64,000 nucleotides of DNA from Eledone cirrhosa (Eukaryota), in NCBI GenBank assembly GCA_964016885.1, contig OZ024743.1, forward strand, positions 355,880,001 to 355,944,000, written 5' to 3'. The notes below the pieces were generated by a model. It did not search any database, had not been told where the DNA came from, and worked only from the letters and a program-made list of their open reading frames with translations. The stretch's first letter is position 1. The number at the start of each line of letters is the position of its first letter. Shown here in pieces: positions 22,040-36,357 of this stretch. A program made the translations under genes and the position numbers.

Positions 22040-22770
22040 TTGTGGTAATGGTGCTGGCGGTAGTAGTATTGTTGGTGATGAGAGTGGTGATGGTGCTGTT
22101 GTTGATGACGAGGATAATGGTGGTGGTGATGATGATGATGATGAAGGTTGTCATGTTATGGATGATGGTGGTGGTAGTGATGATGATGCTGATAATGGTG
22201 GCAGTAGTGGTGCTGATGATGATGGTGGTGGTGGTGGTGTTGTGATAGTGATGATGATGATAATGGTGGTGGTGGTGGTGGTGGTGGTGTGATAGTGATG
22301 ATGATGGTGGTGGTGGTGATGATGGTGGTGGTGGTGGTTGTGTTGTGGATGTGGTAGTGGTGGCAATAGTGATGGTGGTGGTGGTGTTGGTGTTTATAAA
22401 GATGATGATGATGATGATGATGATGATAATGGTGGTGATGTAGCTGATGGTAATGATGATAATGGTGGTGAGGTTGATGCTGCTGCTGCTGCTGCTGCTG
22501 ATAATGATGATGGATAATGCTGGTGATTTATGATGAGGATAATGGCAGTGTTGGTGTTGATGATACTAAGGATAATGGTGGCGAGGAGACAGGATGATAA
22601 CTATAGTGATGATGATGGTGATGAGGGTGGTGGCATTGATGATGATAACAGTAGTGTTATTGATGGTGATGATATTGGTAGTGTTGTATATGACCACACT
22701 GTTGTTGGTGATGTTAGTGGTGTTGATGATGATGATGGTGGCGGCTGTGGTGGTGGTAGTGATATTACTG
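22040..22770. repeat. Compound (GGT/GAT)n trinucleotide region
   Basis: Direct inspection; source of the poly-V/M/H/T ORFs. Confidence 0.95.
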
Positions 22771-22867
22771 GCTATGGAGGAAAGTATTTTTATAGGAAAC
22801 ATAGTGATCATATATGTGTGTGTGTGTGTGTGGTTACAGTGGGAGTAGGCTGGTGGTGGAGGTGATT

Positions 22868-23030
22868 ATAATTGTTTCTACTTTAGGCACAAGGCCAGTA
22901 ATTTGAAGGGGAGGAGAAAGTCGATTAAGTCGACCCCAGTGCATTACTGGTACTTTATTTTATCGACCCCCCCCCCCCCTCCCATAAGGATGAAAGGCAA
23001 AGTTAACCTTGGCGGGATTTGAACTTAGAA
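22868..23030 (-). mobile_element. OK-like SINE (partial)
   Basis: Same body as 3863-4047. Confidence 0.8.
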
Positions 23031-23805
23031 CATAGTTGAGGTTGGTAATGACTGGTAGTTATGGTCATATTGAGTGTAGTCGTTGTCTTGGTGATGGTGG
23101 TGCTGTTGTAGTTATTATGTAACACCCCGTCCCTAGTCAGTCTTCAACTAACAGACACCTAGGTTACATAGGTAGTTAGTTGAACAACAACATGCTGTGA
23201 GGCACAGATCTACTGCTCAAGATCAGGGACTAGCAAACTTTCCTCTTCCTCCAAATTGCTGGCCTTGTGCCAATGCTAGAAATAATTATTATAAAACATA
23301 GATTCATTGGAGGCCACTGAAAATACGAGACACTTTTTCCTGATACTGAATGTTATCATTTACTAAGCAAAGATTGATAAAGAAAACAAAGAAATTGTAT
23401 GCAACATCACATATTCAATGAAATCTGTAGTGAAATGAACTTGTGGGCCACAGGAGGATTTGAACTCAGAATGTTCAAAGATCGGAAACAAACAAAGAAA
23501 AAGAAAAATGAAAGGCAAATTTGACCTTAGTGGGAATTGAACTGAGAGTGCAGAGAGTCAGAATAAATATGGCAAAGCATTTTGTCCTAGACTAATAACT
23601 AGGCCACTTTGCCAGACAGAGTGTGAGGAATAGCTTTTAGAAAGGTTGGTATTGCATTTTCATCAGCACAGGTCAAACACGTTGGTCCTCAGTGACCAAT
23701 GAAACATACGTACCTGGTATGGCACTGTTGTAGTAACTGGCCTGAATAATTATGTGTGTGTGTGTGTGTGTTATACATACATATATATTATTACTATTAT
23801 TATTA

Positions 23806-24220
23806 AGGGCGGTAGATTGGCAGTATCGGTAGAGGGTCGGACGCCGTGCTTTGCTGCAAAGAGTTATGGCCTTTATGGTCTGAGTTCAAATCCCGCCGAG
23901 GTTGACTTTGCCTTTCATCCTTACAGGGTCGATAAAATAAAGTACCGGTAATACACTGAGTTATTGCTGGCCTTGTGCCAAAAGTAAAAACAACTATTAT
24001 TAAGGGCAGTGGATTGGGAGTATTGGTAGAGTATCAGCCAACATGCTTTGCAGCATGTAGTTATGGTCCTTTACATCCTGAGTTCAAATCCTGCCGAGGT
24101 TAGCTTTGCCTTTCATTTTTATGGGGGTCAATAAAAAATTGTACCAGTCATGCACAGAGGTCGATTTAATCGACTCTCCCCTACCCCCAAATTACTGGGC
24201 TTGTGCCTAAGTCACAACCC
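23806..24220 (+). mobile_element. Two tandem OK-like SINEs (about 23806-23998 and 24003-24220)
   Basis: Each starts GGGC(G/A)GT.GATTGG, contains TGAGTTCAAATCC.GCCGAGGT..CTTTGCCTTTCAT, and ends in (ATT)n. Confidence 0.85.
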
Positions 24221-24462
24221 ATTACTATTATAATCATTATTAAACAAATATGGTACTTGTGGTTGCATTTAGTTTACTGATACATCATTTCACAGCAAAC
24301 TTCTAAACTACACAGCAATGGCTAATTGTTGGAAACTATTTGACCCAGTAATACCTAAAAAAAGCACCAAAAAATATAACATTAAAAAGACACTTTCCTC
24401 AGTGCCTGTATCCCAATTTTTAGAATATGTACACTGTATCATTGCATATGGTATGAGGTGAT

Positions 24463-24691
24463 ATAACCCTTTAGCATTTACAATGCTCTATATATACTAC
24501 TGTATTTTTGTGGTAAAGGCTTTATCTTACATAATTACCTCACATAATATCGAATCTATGAGATTTTGATGATATTTATTTTGAGAACAATACCTTAACA
24601 TAAATATGAGCAGCCAGTTATGGCCGGTTTGAACAGAAAGAGTTAAGAGAATTCTGGCTGGATACGGCCCGTTTAAATGCTAAAGTGTTAA
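24463..24691 (-). mobile_element. TTAA MITE copy 3
   Basis: CCCTTTAGCATTTA...TAAATGCTAAAGTGTTAA; body inverted relative to copy 1. Confidence 0.85.
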
Positions 24692-26390
24692 TGGGTTGGC
24701 ACCAGGAAGGGCATCTGCCTCCCCCCAAAATGCCTCAAAAAGTTCCATTCCAATCAATGGTGTTATCGAAAAGTGGAGAAAGAAGTAATGATAATAATGA
24801 TGATGATGATGATGATATGGTTAGTACTTGACTATATTTCATACTACTAACTGCTATAGCCACTTGTATCTAACAGAAATTGTGTTGCTATGTACCTATG
24901 TGTGTCTACACACACAGTCAATATCTAAATCTATTTAGTATCAGTAAATGTTATAGCCACCAGAATCTGACAGAAATTCTGTTGCTATGTACATGTGTGA
25001 CGACGTACATGGTCAATATAGTTAACTCTAATACTACTAACTATTAAAAGGCACTGAATGGGCAAAGTCGTTATAAACATCAGACAGGATGCTTTGCAAG
25101 TATTTGTTCTGGCTCTTTGCACTCTGAGTTCAAATCTCACTAAGGTCAACTTTGCCTTTCATCCTGTCAAGGTCGAAAAATTGTAATATGTTCAATACTG
25201 GGGCCTATCCTTCTCTCATACTCCCTTTCTCAATTTTGTTTGTATTTCTCTGAAAGTAATCAGCTGTTCTGACCTGAAGAAATATGGGCTTTGCTAGGTT
25301 TAAATGTCTCTATGACTTCATTAAGATTTACAGCCACCAACAAGTCTCTGTGAAATAGATAATTTGCATAAGCTAGATGTAAGAGGCCTCATTTCAAACT
25401 ACTCACAAAGTATTTTAGTTATCAGTGCTATATACATATGCATTAGTGTATTTCTGATGAAATATACTGTGTAGGAATTAATTGGAAAATTTGGAAAGAT
25501 TTATCAAAATTATCATTTTATTATTAAGATGGTATTTATAACATAACTTAATAAAAGGTTCTTATATCTAATATATGACCAGGGTGCTTTTGAGTGCCAC
25601 TGGTAACATGTAACTTGGTACAAGCTATCACATGGTCTGATTGTTGGCTGCAGCCCTACCAAGCTTGCTTGGTGAGGAGGGTGATTTTGGACAGCCTGCA
25701 GGATGATAAAAAAAAACCATTTAAGGGCAGAGGAATTCAGGATCATCAACAGCCATCCAACACAGGTAGAGAGAGCACCGTAGCCGTGGTTAGCAGTATG
25801 TCTAGGAGAAGGATGACTCTGAGTTCAAAACCAGAGTAGAATGGGACTCCTTAGTCACGTAGGTGACAACCTTTCAAGTGGCCAACAGATTCATCCTTGT
25901 GATGAAGGCGGATGAGCTGTGGTTCAGTAGCAAGCTTACGGGTAATGATTGGACAAAGATTTGGGACTCATCAACATCACGTTTTCCTGGATGAGAGTCA
26001 TGGATATATAGACTATCCATAGTCCCTCAACAATGAGGATGGCAAGAGACCAGATATCTAATTAGGAGGCTAAACAATTTTAATTTAGATAGGAAGCTTT
26101 GTTTCATAGAGCCAGAGGTGGTTTGGGGTGGGTTGGTAGCAAAAGCAACATCAAAACAAATTTCAAAATAAGTAAACATTTAGAAAGGCTGTGTAATTAA
26201 AAAGTTTACTTCACAACGACATGGTTCTAGGTTGAGTCATACTTGCTGGCACCTTCATCATTTGTGAGATGACCAAGCAAGCAATCTGGATGAAAACAGA
26301 TTTGAGTAAATTTGCAAAAAATTTGAGTATTTGGATGACCAAGGCTAATCACCTGATCTCAACTGATTATTAAAGCCCCACAATGGACGG

Positions 26391-26606
26391 TTAACACTTT
26401 AGCATTTAACCCGGCCATATACAACCAGAATTCTCTCACCTCTTTCTGTTCAAACTGACCATAACCTGCTACTCATACTTATGTTAAGATATTGTTCTCA
26501 AAATAAATAATATCGAAATCTCGTAGATTCGATATTATGTGAGATAAAGTGTTGACCATGAAAATATGAGGGTATATATAGAGTAATGTAAATGCTAAAG
26601 GGTTAA
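26391..26606 (+). mobile_element. TTAA MITE copy 4, followed by a decayed OK-like SINE to about 26770
   Basis: TTAACACTTTAGCATTTA...TAAATGCTAAAGGGTTAA. Confidence 0.85.
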
Positions 26607-27409
26607 GGTAGCAAATTGGCAAAGTTGTTAGAATATCAGATTAAAAATGTTTTGGTATTTTTTCTGGCTCACTACAAATACTTTGTGTTCAAATCCTACC
26701 GAGGTAATCTTTGTAGTTCACCCTTTTAAGTTTGATAAATAAAGTACTAGTTTAGTACTGGGGGTTGATTTTTCGTCTATCACTTTTTCTCCTTTTCGCT
26801 TCCTTTATTTCTCTGGATTAAATCGGCTATGTTCTAAGTTGGAGAGAGATGGGCTTCACCAGGTTTTAAATGTCCAAGACAATGCCATGTCAAGAGCCCC
26901 TACAACTCCATCAGAGGATAAAGGCTTTTTTTTCCTTTTTTTCACTTTTACAATGGTTGGAAGACAGTCATGGCTGTCTACTACTGCAGTTGAAGAAAGA
27001 TGATGTTGATAATGATTACTATTATTTGAGTATGTTAGCCATAAAGACAGGGTTGATAGTAGTAGCGGTGGTGTCCAATAACTTCACAGTCAGTTAGTTG
27101 CCTTTCTTAATACAGAATTAATGAAGGAGACAACACAGGCACCCAAAACCGGAAACAATGTCCAACAGTTTACTAGTGACACTAAAGGGTCAGTATATTA
27201 TTATCACTAACACATACTGGGAAAACAATACAGAGGAAATTAGGGTTAAAGTCTTGGTGGCAATGAGAAACAGTAGTAGTAGTAGTAGTAGTAATGGTGG
27301 TGGTGGCAGTGGCTTGCTGACTTTGATTCGAGACAATGCTAAAATACATGCATCTGCAAAAGCTAAAATGCAGACATGTGCACACACATAGATACATAGC
27401 CATAAAGAC

Positions 27410-27446
<37 letters not shown>

Positions 27447-28232
27447 TGGGGGAAGATGTGGGGTAGTGATGGGGAGATTGAGAGAATGAGACAGTCACAC
27501 ATAGTGATATACAGAAACGAATACATAACAAGAAACACACAGGCACATCTAAACATACAAAAGCACATACAGCTTGCATGTATGTGCTTGTGTGTCTTGC
27601 TGATGGTTGCACATGAGCAGCATTCTGGCTGATGTCTGTAGACCAACCACATGATGATGGTAGAAGAGCAGAGACGATAGTTTAGAGCAGCATGGAATGG
27701 TGGGGTAAATGAACAGAGGGTGGGGGGGAATAAAGAAAAAAAGTGTGTGTGAGTGTGTGCATGTGTGTGTGTGTAGGGCAATTTATCATGTTAGGCCATC
27801 TGGTGTCTTTCAAACTGTGACCTCCTATGCTTTTGGACTATCTGACCACTGTGACAAAGATGGATGTCTTGATGAGCTTCTATCACGAATGTCGTAACTG
27901 ACCACCACCACCACATTCACCACCACTGCTACCACTACAGCAACCACCACCCCCTTTTTGAGATAGCCACCACCACTACTGCATTTAAACAATTTTGCCA
28001 TCACAAGCCAGTGAGATGAGCAGAACAAGGAAGCCTCTAGGTAGTTATAGAAATAACAGCCAAATCTGTCTTAAATAAAAGGAAAATACACATTAGATAA
28101 CAACACTCCACACACACTTCTCCACACCCACAGCAGAACGTATCTAAAATGAGTTTGTTAATTCAGATGTTTATAATATCTTTACAAAAAGACAGATCAT
28201 TGTGGAAATGTGTAGTAAACTAAACTAAATAT

Positions 28233-28466
28233 TTAACCTTTTAGCATTTACATTACTCTATATTTACTATTGTATATTCACGGTTAACACTTTATTTCAC
28301 ATAATTATCTCATCTCACATAATATCGAATCTATGGGATTTTGATATTATTTATTTTGAGAACAATACCTTAATGTTGGTATGAGTGGACGGTTAGAGCT
28401 AGTTTAAAAAGAAAGAGATGAGAGAATTCTGGTTGGATATTGCTGGTTTAAATGCGAAAGGATTAA
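28233..28466 (-). mobile_element. TTAA MITE copy 5
   Basis: TTAACCTTTTAGCATTTA...TAAATGCGAAAGGATTAA. Confidence 0.85.
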
Positions 28467-29094
28467 TGACACAGTTATGGTACTGTTTTGTACTTTTGAA
28501 GAAAGTCTGGGAATTATGGTTTGATGGGATCAGGACTTATGTTGGAAGACTGTTGGTCAGAGTAACAAAGTCATATACACCACAACCACTGCCACCAACT
28601 CCTCATTGTCATTGTTATCATATTTTGCATATCACCCCTAGCCATCATTATCTCCCTTCAACAATTTTAACAGCACCACAAGCATAACCACCAAAATCTA
28701 TACGACCTCAACACACCACCAAAAACTAAAATCAAAGACACCTAAATGCAATCGACTTATTCATTAACAAACTATTGATTTCTACTTCCCATAGTATCAC
28801 ACTTTGCCACCTCTCTATTATTATCCCAGCCATAAGACTAGTCTCCCCTCTCCTCTCCAGTGGACCAAGAGCAGAGCTGGGTTAAGTAAAATAAGCAAAC
28901 ACTTAGGGCATCAAGGGAAGATGAACACTACTTTATTCAAATTGAATGTATTTGTCATTCCTCAAAAATGTTATTTTGCAGACTTTATATATGAAGGGAC
29001 ACCCTGATCTATCTATCTATCAATCCCCCTCTCTCTCTCTCATTTTTATTTTTAATAAATTTTAATTTCAAATCTTATATCCATAATATAAATA

Positions 29095-29164
29095 TTTCAT
29101 CTGATGAGCGTACCGAACGTTTCTGTTAAGATCGTCTAGTTTCCTGAAACCTTTGGTAATGGAA
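29095..29164 (+). ncRNA. Type I hammerhead motif (family H2) in a short repeat spanning about 29090-29255
   Basis: TTTCAT-CTGATGA-[weak helix II]-GAAA-CC-TTT-GG-TA|ATGGAA. Helices I and III pair. The downstream ~85 bp is the reverse complement of 14300-14385. Confidence 0.6.
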
Positions 29165-29253
29165 CATATCGTGTTGTTTACTATGTAATTAAATAGCTCT
29201 GTACTATACATAGAGCACTCTTCTTTCCTTTACCCTTTTTATGGAAATCCATA

Positions 29254-29289
<36 letters not shown>

Positions 29290-29434
29290 TCTGGCTTTTA
29301 GAATAGGTACACTGTGTTCCTGCATGTCTATGAGGCAACTAAAAATGCTGGAGTCACTGAAGAGCATTTGGCTGTAAAACGTCTCTAAACATCTTGTTTA
29401 ACCTATGCCAGCATGGAAAAGTGGACGTAGGACA

Positions 29435-29652
29435 TTAACTCTTCAGCATTTACATTACTCTTTATATATACTAGTGTATTTTCATGGTAAAGGCTTTATC
29501 TCACATAATATTAAATCTATGAGATTTTTATGTTAGTTATTTTGAGAAAAATACCTTAACATCAGTATGAGTGACCAGCTATGGCCAGTTTGAGCAGAAA
29601 GAGGTGAGAGAATTCTGGCCGAACATGGCCGTTTTAAATGCTAAAGGGTTAA
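29435..29652 (-). mobile_element. TTAA MITE copy 6
   Basis: TTAACTCTTCAGCATTTA...TAAATGCTAAAGGGTTAA. Confidence 0.85.
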
Positions 29653-29919
29653 ATGAAGACGATTATATAAACAAATATGAAAGAGAAAGAGGTATGTTAG
29701 TAGATATTCTGGAGTAAACTGCTTTATATGAATGCAACTAAATGTTTCTTTAATTAGGAAACAAATTCAGCACCACTACTCCTCCACCTCCATACCTTCT
29801 GTCCACTCATTTCCTACACTGTCCTTAATCAAAACCCTCCTCACCCCAGGTCATTTCTATTCTCTAATACTCCACTCGGTACCCAGACACAGCAACTTAA
29901 AATAACTTCATTGAAGCAA

Positions 29920-30345
29920 TTAACCACCGCCGCCATTTCTACTACCACCAACATCACCACCCAAACCATCTCTAATACCACCACCACAACCATCTCTACT
30001 ACCACCAACATCACCACCACAACCATCTCTAATACCGCCACCACAACCAACATCACCACCACAACTACCACCAGCATCACCACCACAACCATCTTTACTA
30101 CCATCACCATCACTACTACCACCACAACCATCTCTAATACCACCACCACAACATCACTACCACCACTACAGCCATCTCTACCATCACCATCACTACTACC
30201 ACCAAGATCATCACCCCCCAACCATCTCTAATAGCACCACAAACATCACTACCACCACCACCACCACCACTACTACCATCAACATCACCACCACAACCAT
30301 CACTACTACAACCTTCACCACCACCACCACCAACACCATTACCTC
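29920..30345. repeat. (ACC)-rich compound repeat
   Basis: Direct inspection. Confidence 0.9.
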
Positions 30346-30709
30346 TGTGTACCCCTTTCCACAATTATAAATATTTGAATATATTAAACAAATTTAAAAA
30401 AGACACAAAATGATTTACTTAATTAATATTATTTAATATAACATAAAACATTTTATTACAAGAGGAGAGAGACGAATATAGAAATGTCACATCAACATCA
30501 ACTACAACAACAAGAAGAGCTATTGCAACATGGAAAAGAGTGGACCTCCGTCAGTTTCGAAGCTATGTGTCACAGTTGTTTAATCAATGGAACAACCTGC
30601 TCATGAAATTAACATGTAAGTGGCTGAGCATTCCACAGGTATATATATATATCCCAGAATGTAATTTTCAGGGAAATTCAGCATGACAGTGACTGACAAA
30701 GCTGATCCT

Positions 30710-30937
30710 TTAACCCTTCAGTATTTACATTACTCTATATATACTATTGTATTTTCATGGTAAAGGCTTTATCTCACATAATACCTCACATATTATTGAA
30801 TCCATGAGATTTTGATATTACTTATTTTGAGAACAATACCTTAAAATAAGTATGAGCAGCCAGTTACAGCTGGTTTGAACAGAAAGAGATAAGAGAATTC
30901 TGGCCGGATACGACCGGTTTAAATAATAAAGGGTTAA
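30710..30937 (-). mobile_element. TTAA MITE copy 7, nested in a minus-strand OR-like SINE (about 30550-30960)
   Basis: TTAACCCTTCAGTATTTA...AAAGGGTTAA interrupts the SINE motif CCTT(TAA)ATTACAGG. Confidence 0.85.
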
Positions 30938-31362
30938 ATTACAGGTGCAGTCCAACTGACTGGCTTCCAAACAATTTCCGTCTACCCAATATACACTAGA
31001 ATTTTTTTTAACATACTGATGTGTATGAGTATATAAATATAAACATGGAAACACAGACACACTTACAAAAATACACACTCACAGACATACATTTACACAA
31101 ACACACAGCATAGCAAATGGAAAACCAGCCACTGTTTCGCTATAGTTTTTTCACCATCCCCTTCCTTTCACACATACATTCACATAAACACACACACCTT
31201 GTGTGACAGACGGAAGTCACATAAATTTATATATAGATATTCAGTGGAAAATGAGAAAAATCCTCAGTATAGTAAAATATATTTGAAAAATAAAAAAAAA
31301 TTACTTCACCTGGGGTTGTTATGTTTTAATAATCTAATGTTTCATAAAGAGACATTTTTGTT

Positions 31363-31570
31363 TGGATTGGCAGTATTGGTAGAGCGTCAGACACCGTACT
31401 TTGCAGCATAGAGTTATGGCCCTGTACATTCCGAGCACAAATCCCGCTGAGGTTAGCTTTGCCCTTCATCCTTAAGGTGTTGATAAAATAAAGCACCAAT
31501 AATGCACTGGGGTCGATTTAATCGACTTTCCCTTCCCCCAAAATTGCTGGGCTTGTGCCTATAGTAAAAA
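31363..31570 (+). mobile_element. OK-like SINE
   Basis: GGATTGGCAGTATTGGTAGAG...ATCCCGCTGAGGTTAGCTTTGCCCTTCATCC...GGGGTCGATTTAATCGAC. Confidence 0.85.
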
Positions 31571-31680
31571 TCATTATAACCAATAACAAAAAATGTTTCT
31601 ATAAAATTTTAGATTATTGAAACATACCAACCATCAGTGAACTCATTCTCCTTTTATTTTCAAATATATTATATATATAT

Positions 31681-32368
31681 CATCATCATCATCATCGTTT
31701 AACATCCATCTTCCACGCTAGCATGGGTTTGGACGGGAATTTTCCCACTTGAGGCAAGATTGGTTGTCTTGCTCGTATAGGACTGTCTGGCGGGTTTTTT
31801 ACGGCTGGATGCCCTTCCTAACACCAACCACGTTTACAGTGTGGACTGAGAGGTTTTTACTGTGTTACCTACACGGCCACATTACAGCGTGGACTGTGTT
31901 TTTTTGTCATGACACCTACACAACCTCATTTATTTAGGACTGGATATTGTGGTACCAACATAACTTTACATCGAAAGGCGTGGTGTGGATGGGGTGGGGG
32001 TAGTGGGACGGGGGTGTATTTTGGTAAGAGGTGCCTACTGACTGTAAGTTTCACTTTGCACTTAGGCAAGGCGGGTCTTCTGTATTACTGCGTAGCGCCA
32101 AAGATCTCGGTGCAGCGACATTGTCTTGGAGAGGTGTAAGTGTGTGAGGTCGGAATTTATCAAGTCGTCCCAGGTTTTTCTGGGTCTACCTACTCCGTGG
32201 CTGCCGTCTATTTTGATCGCCCTGCACTTTTTTATACAGCTGTCGTCTTTCATGCGCATGACCATACCAACGTAGTCTTCTCTCGAGTAAACAGCATCTG
32301 ATCCCTCTTATTCATAATTTCTCACTTAGTTCATTTATGCTTTGCCGTTCACGTATATTACTATTACA

Positions 32369-32372
<4 letters not shown>
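31681..32372 (-). mobile_element. 5'-truncated RTE LINE 3' end with 3' UTR and (GAT)n tail
   Basis: Reverse strand encodes RRLRW..MRMKDDSCIKKCR...GRPRKTW..DL...RDLWR; the UTR matches 46184-46580. Confidence 0.85.
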
Positions 32373-32444
<72 letters not shown>

Positions 32445-33294
32445 GTTATATAGTAAGGTGTATTATTGGTTGTGTAAAACGGTCCAATAAATTTTTGTTA
32501 GCAATATTAAGTTCTCCACGCTTTTGTATATCTCCAATTCCATTCAAGGGAACAGCTAGGTGATGTAAAACGGAGTATTAGTATCAAAATGAAAATCCGA
32601 AGCGGTACATACTGAGTTCGATGTGAGCTGATTGCTTGCTCTTCACATGGATGTGTATATACCTAGACATACACTTTTTTGGACGATACGGATGTGTATA
32701 TACCATAACATACACTATTTGGAGATACGGATGTTACAATTCAATCTATACACGTATAGCAGAACACTGAACTGAACTTACTTGCTTGTGTATGGGGTTG
32801 CGGTTGACCCAATATTTCCAATTTACATCGTTAAATTGAGATTTAACCAATGTAACATTTGTTGTTTTGTAAACTAACTTTCGGTGAATACTATGTTGGT
32901 ATATTCTTATATTTATTATTTTTTCTTTGACATCGCTTCGGTGTGTGTGAGAGAGTGTGTGTGTACCCACTCACACTAATTGTGACCGTCTATAGTTCTA
33001 CAGATCTGATGCTGCGTTGGTATGTGTATATATATTTTTTCTTTGACCTCGAGTCGGTGTGTGTGGGTGTTGAGTGCGTGTGTACCCACTCACATTAACT
33101 GTGACCAACTAATTATACAGATTTGATTGATGTCCAGCTATGGCAGCTATTGGGAGATAGAGACTTGATAGTTTTATGACCTTAACTGAAGATGATGGCA
33201 GTCACTGTATTTTGACTGCTTGATCTTCATATGAGGGAATAAACTCTGTGAATGAACATTGCTAATTTTCTCCCTCATATCATGAATTTGAAGA

Positions 33295-33388
33295 CAATTC
33301 ATTTTCACCTGACGAGATCAGTGATAATCGATCATGGCTTCACTATCGATCTATCTCTTATTGAAACGTGTTGTGATTAAAATGATTG
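33295..33388 (+). ncRNA. Type I hammerhead-like motif (family H4), probably CpG-decayed
   Basis: TCAC-CTGACGA-[GAT...ATT]-GAAA-CGTG-TT|GTGA. Helix I extends as CAATTCATTTT/AAAATGATTG. Helix III ACGTGT is one transition away from the palindrome ACGCGT. Confidence 0.55.
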
Positions 33389-33425
33389 GAAATTTTACCT
33401 TGCCTTAGGATTTTCATTTTGATAT

Positions 33426-33768
33426 GGAGGCACATGGCTTAGTGGTTAGAGCATTGGCCTTGCAATCAAAAGGTTGTGAGTTCAATTCTCAGACCGGGTG
33501 ATGTGTTGTTTCCTTGAGCAAGACACTTTATTTCACATTGCTCCAGTTTACTCAGCTGTAGAAATGAGAATGATAGGGACTGGGGTCCCTATCATTCCAC
33601 TGCAAAGTGGTCGTGGAGGTGCCACGGCAAAAAAGCACCCAGCACTCACTGTAAATGAGGTTGGTGTTAGTAAGGGCATCTAGCTGTAGAAATCAAGCCA
33701 GAATCAGTTCCCGTCCCACCCTTGCAAGCAGGGAAAAGTGGACGTAAAATCAAATGATGATGAAATGA

Positions 33769-33770
<2 letters not shown>
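33426..33770 (+). mobile_element. Young tRNA-derived SINE with an RTE-derived tail (copy 2)
   Basis: Near-identical to 15679-16020. Confidence 0.9.
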
Positions 33771-33832
<62 letters not shown>

Positions 33833-34363
33833 TGTATATGCTTGTGTAAAAGTCACATTTTTTAGACAATTTTATAAGGTTTAAGTTACAGGGTCGACTA
33901 TTACATGAAAACTACCAATACCATCACCACCACTAATACCACCTCCACCAACAACCATTAATACCATTATTTCCACTAATACTATCTCCACCAACCATCA
34001 CCATCAATAATTGTGGTAGTGGTTGTGTTAATGATGGTGTTGTTTGTGATGGGTTGAAATTCAAGCTAGAATCCAAAGTACTGTATCAGTAGCAGATCCC
34101 TAAACAAAAACAATGAATTACAGTAATATTACCAATTCTATGCATCAAAACACACATCCTATGGTGTATTACAATAAGCACCAAGCATTCCACTACAAGT
34201 ATTGAGCATTTCCCTATAAGCATTGTGCATTCGAGCTATAGAGCAGGCCAAGGAAAGGTAGGAGGCACACATTTGGGTAAATGTTTAGTTTCAGACATGT
34301 ATTTGCAACAATAGAAAGTTGCCTTAAATTCGTGATGATTTTGTAAACTGTACTTTGAGATAA

Positions 34364-34433
34364 GAAGGACAGATCCTGTACACTATAGATCTTTCCTGCA
34401 ATCAGACTTGGACACAATGCAGTAATGGATTAC
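34364..34433 (+). mobile_element. Tiny fragment of the same CR1 family as 8800-13380
   Basis: AAGGACAGATCCTG...CTTTCCTGCAATCAGACTTGGACACAATGCAGTAATGGATTAC matches about 12325-12393. Confidence 0.7.
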
Positions 34434-35217
34434 TTGTGGTTTGGCAAGACTTTCTGATACTACAATACTATCCACAAAAACTTTGGTTATCTTAGGCCAA
34501 GGTAACAGACTATAACCACTGTTGCCATTTACCAGACAATAAGATAGTTTCTACATGTTCACTGTGGCCTGCAGCAGGAGTTAGCAGCCAAAATCTCTTT
34601 ATTTATTTATTTAACCAATTTGAAAGTTTGTATAGAGCTGGTATGCCATCACAGACTAGGAGAGGTATCTAATGCTCCTTATAATAAAAACCAAGAAAAG
34701 AGACAGAAAGAGAAAAAAGAAAAAGAGAAGAGTAAAAAAAAGAAGCAGAGGAAGTAAAAATAATTTAAAAAAAAGGTGAAAAATAAGGACAGCTATAAAG
34801 CAGCTAAATATTTCTGTTGAATCATTTCATAGCCTCCATGTACTGAAAGATCTTGTTTATGGTTGGTAGATCCTTGACAATGCATTGTACCTCCAATCTT
34901 GGTAGTTTATTTATTTTTAATAGATAGTCTTAGATCCACATCATCATCATTTTAAAGGAGGAAAATTCTTTGATCCAGGTGTTATTGATCCATTTTATAG
35001 AATCTAACTACACACCTCTTACTTTTATTTAAAACATGAACATTATATCAATGACAAGAAATATCAATGAGTTATTTGAGCAGTTAATAGCTGATAAGAA
35101 TATCTTGTATTTGGAGATGTTTACTTGACAATGTATCTTACTAATTGCATTTAAATCGCTTTTTTAAAACACCTGTTTTTGTTTTTTCAAAATTCCACGC
35201 TAGCATGGGTTAGATGG

Positions 35218-35332
<115 letters not shown>

Positions 35333-35362
35333 CATATACACAATATTATATTTTAATACAGA

Positions 35363-35545
35363 TGGATTGGCAGTATCGGTAGAGGGTCGGGCGCCATGCT
35401 TTGAAGCATAGAGTTACCTCCCTTTATGATCTGAGTTCAAATCCCGCCGAGGTTAACTTTGCTTTTCATCCTTACGGGGTTGATAAAATAAAGTACCAGT
35501 AATGCACTGGGATAATTGCTGGCCTGGTGCCAAAAGTAGAAACAA
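35363..35545 (+). mobile_element. OK-like SINE with a 20-bp TSD
   Basis: TSD ATTATATTTTAATACAGATG on both sides; body as in the other OK-like copies. Confidence 0.9.
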
Positions 35546-36357
35546 TTATATTTTAATACAGATGACTACCTCATGTTAAAAAAAAAACTTCCAATTTTCA
35601 CAATATCTTTTATTCAAATAGACACTATAAACATTTGATTAAACATACCATTATTATTGAGCAGAAAAATGGGTATGTTAAGAGTCAAATCTATGGCTGG
35701 TTCATTAACTTTTTCATTACCATATTTCTAATGAAAAAATACTGCCAATAATTTTAAAATCCTTTTGAAAATAATCAAGAATTTGGAGGGATTTAGTAAT
35801 ATAACATTTTTCAGACACATCCTGGTAACTGCTACTGCTGGCAGGATGAACTTAATGAGATATTGATTGCTTGAAGAAGAGACAGGTACAGCCAAAAATT
35901 TCTAAGGCCCACTGACATGCTGTGATGGATAGACATATAATGACTGGCTGTACCCAGGGCCTCCAAGAGAAATCTTAGCCTTCTTGAGCCCAGAACACAA
36001 GTACCGGCTGGGACCCCTCTCATAGGCCTTGGCTGCACCAGTTACAAGAACTTTAGATTAACAGATTAATATAACTAATTTTCTCATTATTAAGCAAGCA
36101 ATACACTGGGAAATTGCTGGCCTTGTGCCAAAAGTAGAAACAATTATTAAGCAAGCATATGGAATATAACTTAATAAAGGTTAATATATGAAATTTAATA
36201 TCAAAAGTTTTTAAATAAATATAAACATTTTAAAATATACAGCTATATATTGAGGAAACAAGTTTGAAGTGGTTTGATATGGAAAGGTTTAAATGTGGAC
36301 AAGAGACCACAACAACAGTAAGATCAACATGTAACATGCAAACTTCCATATGTCCCA

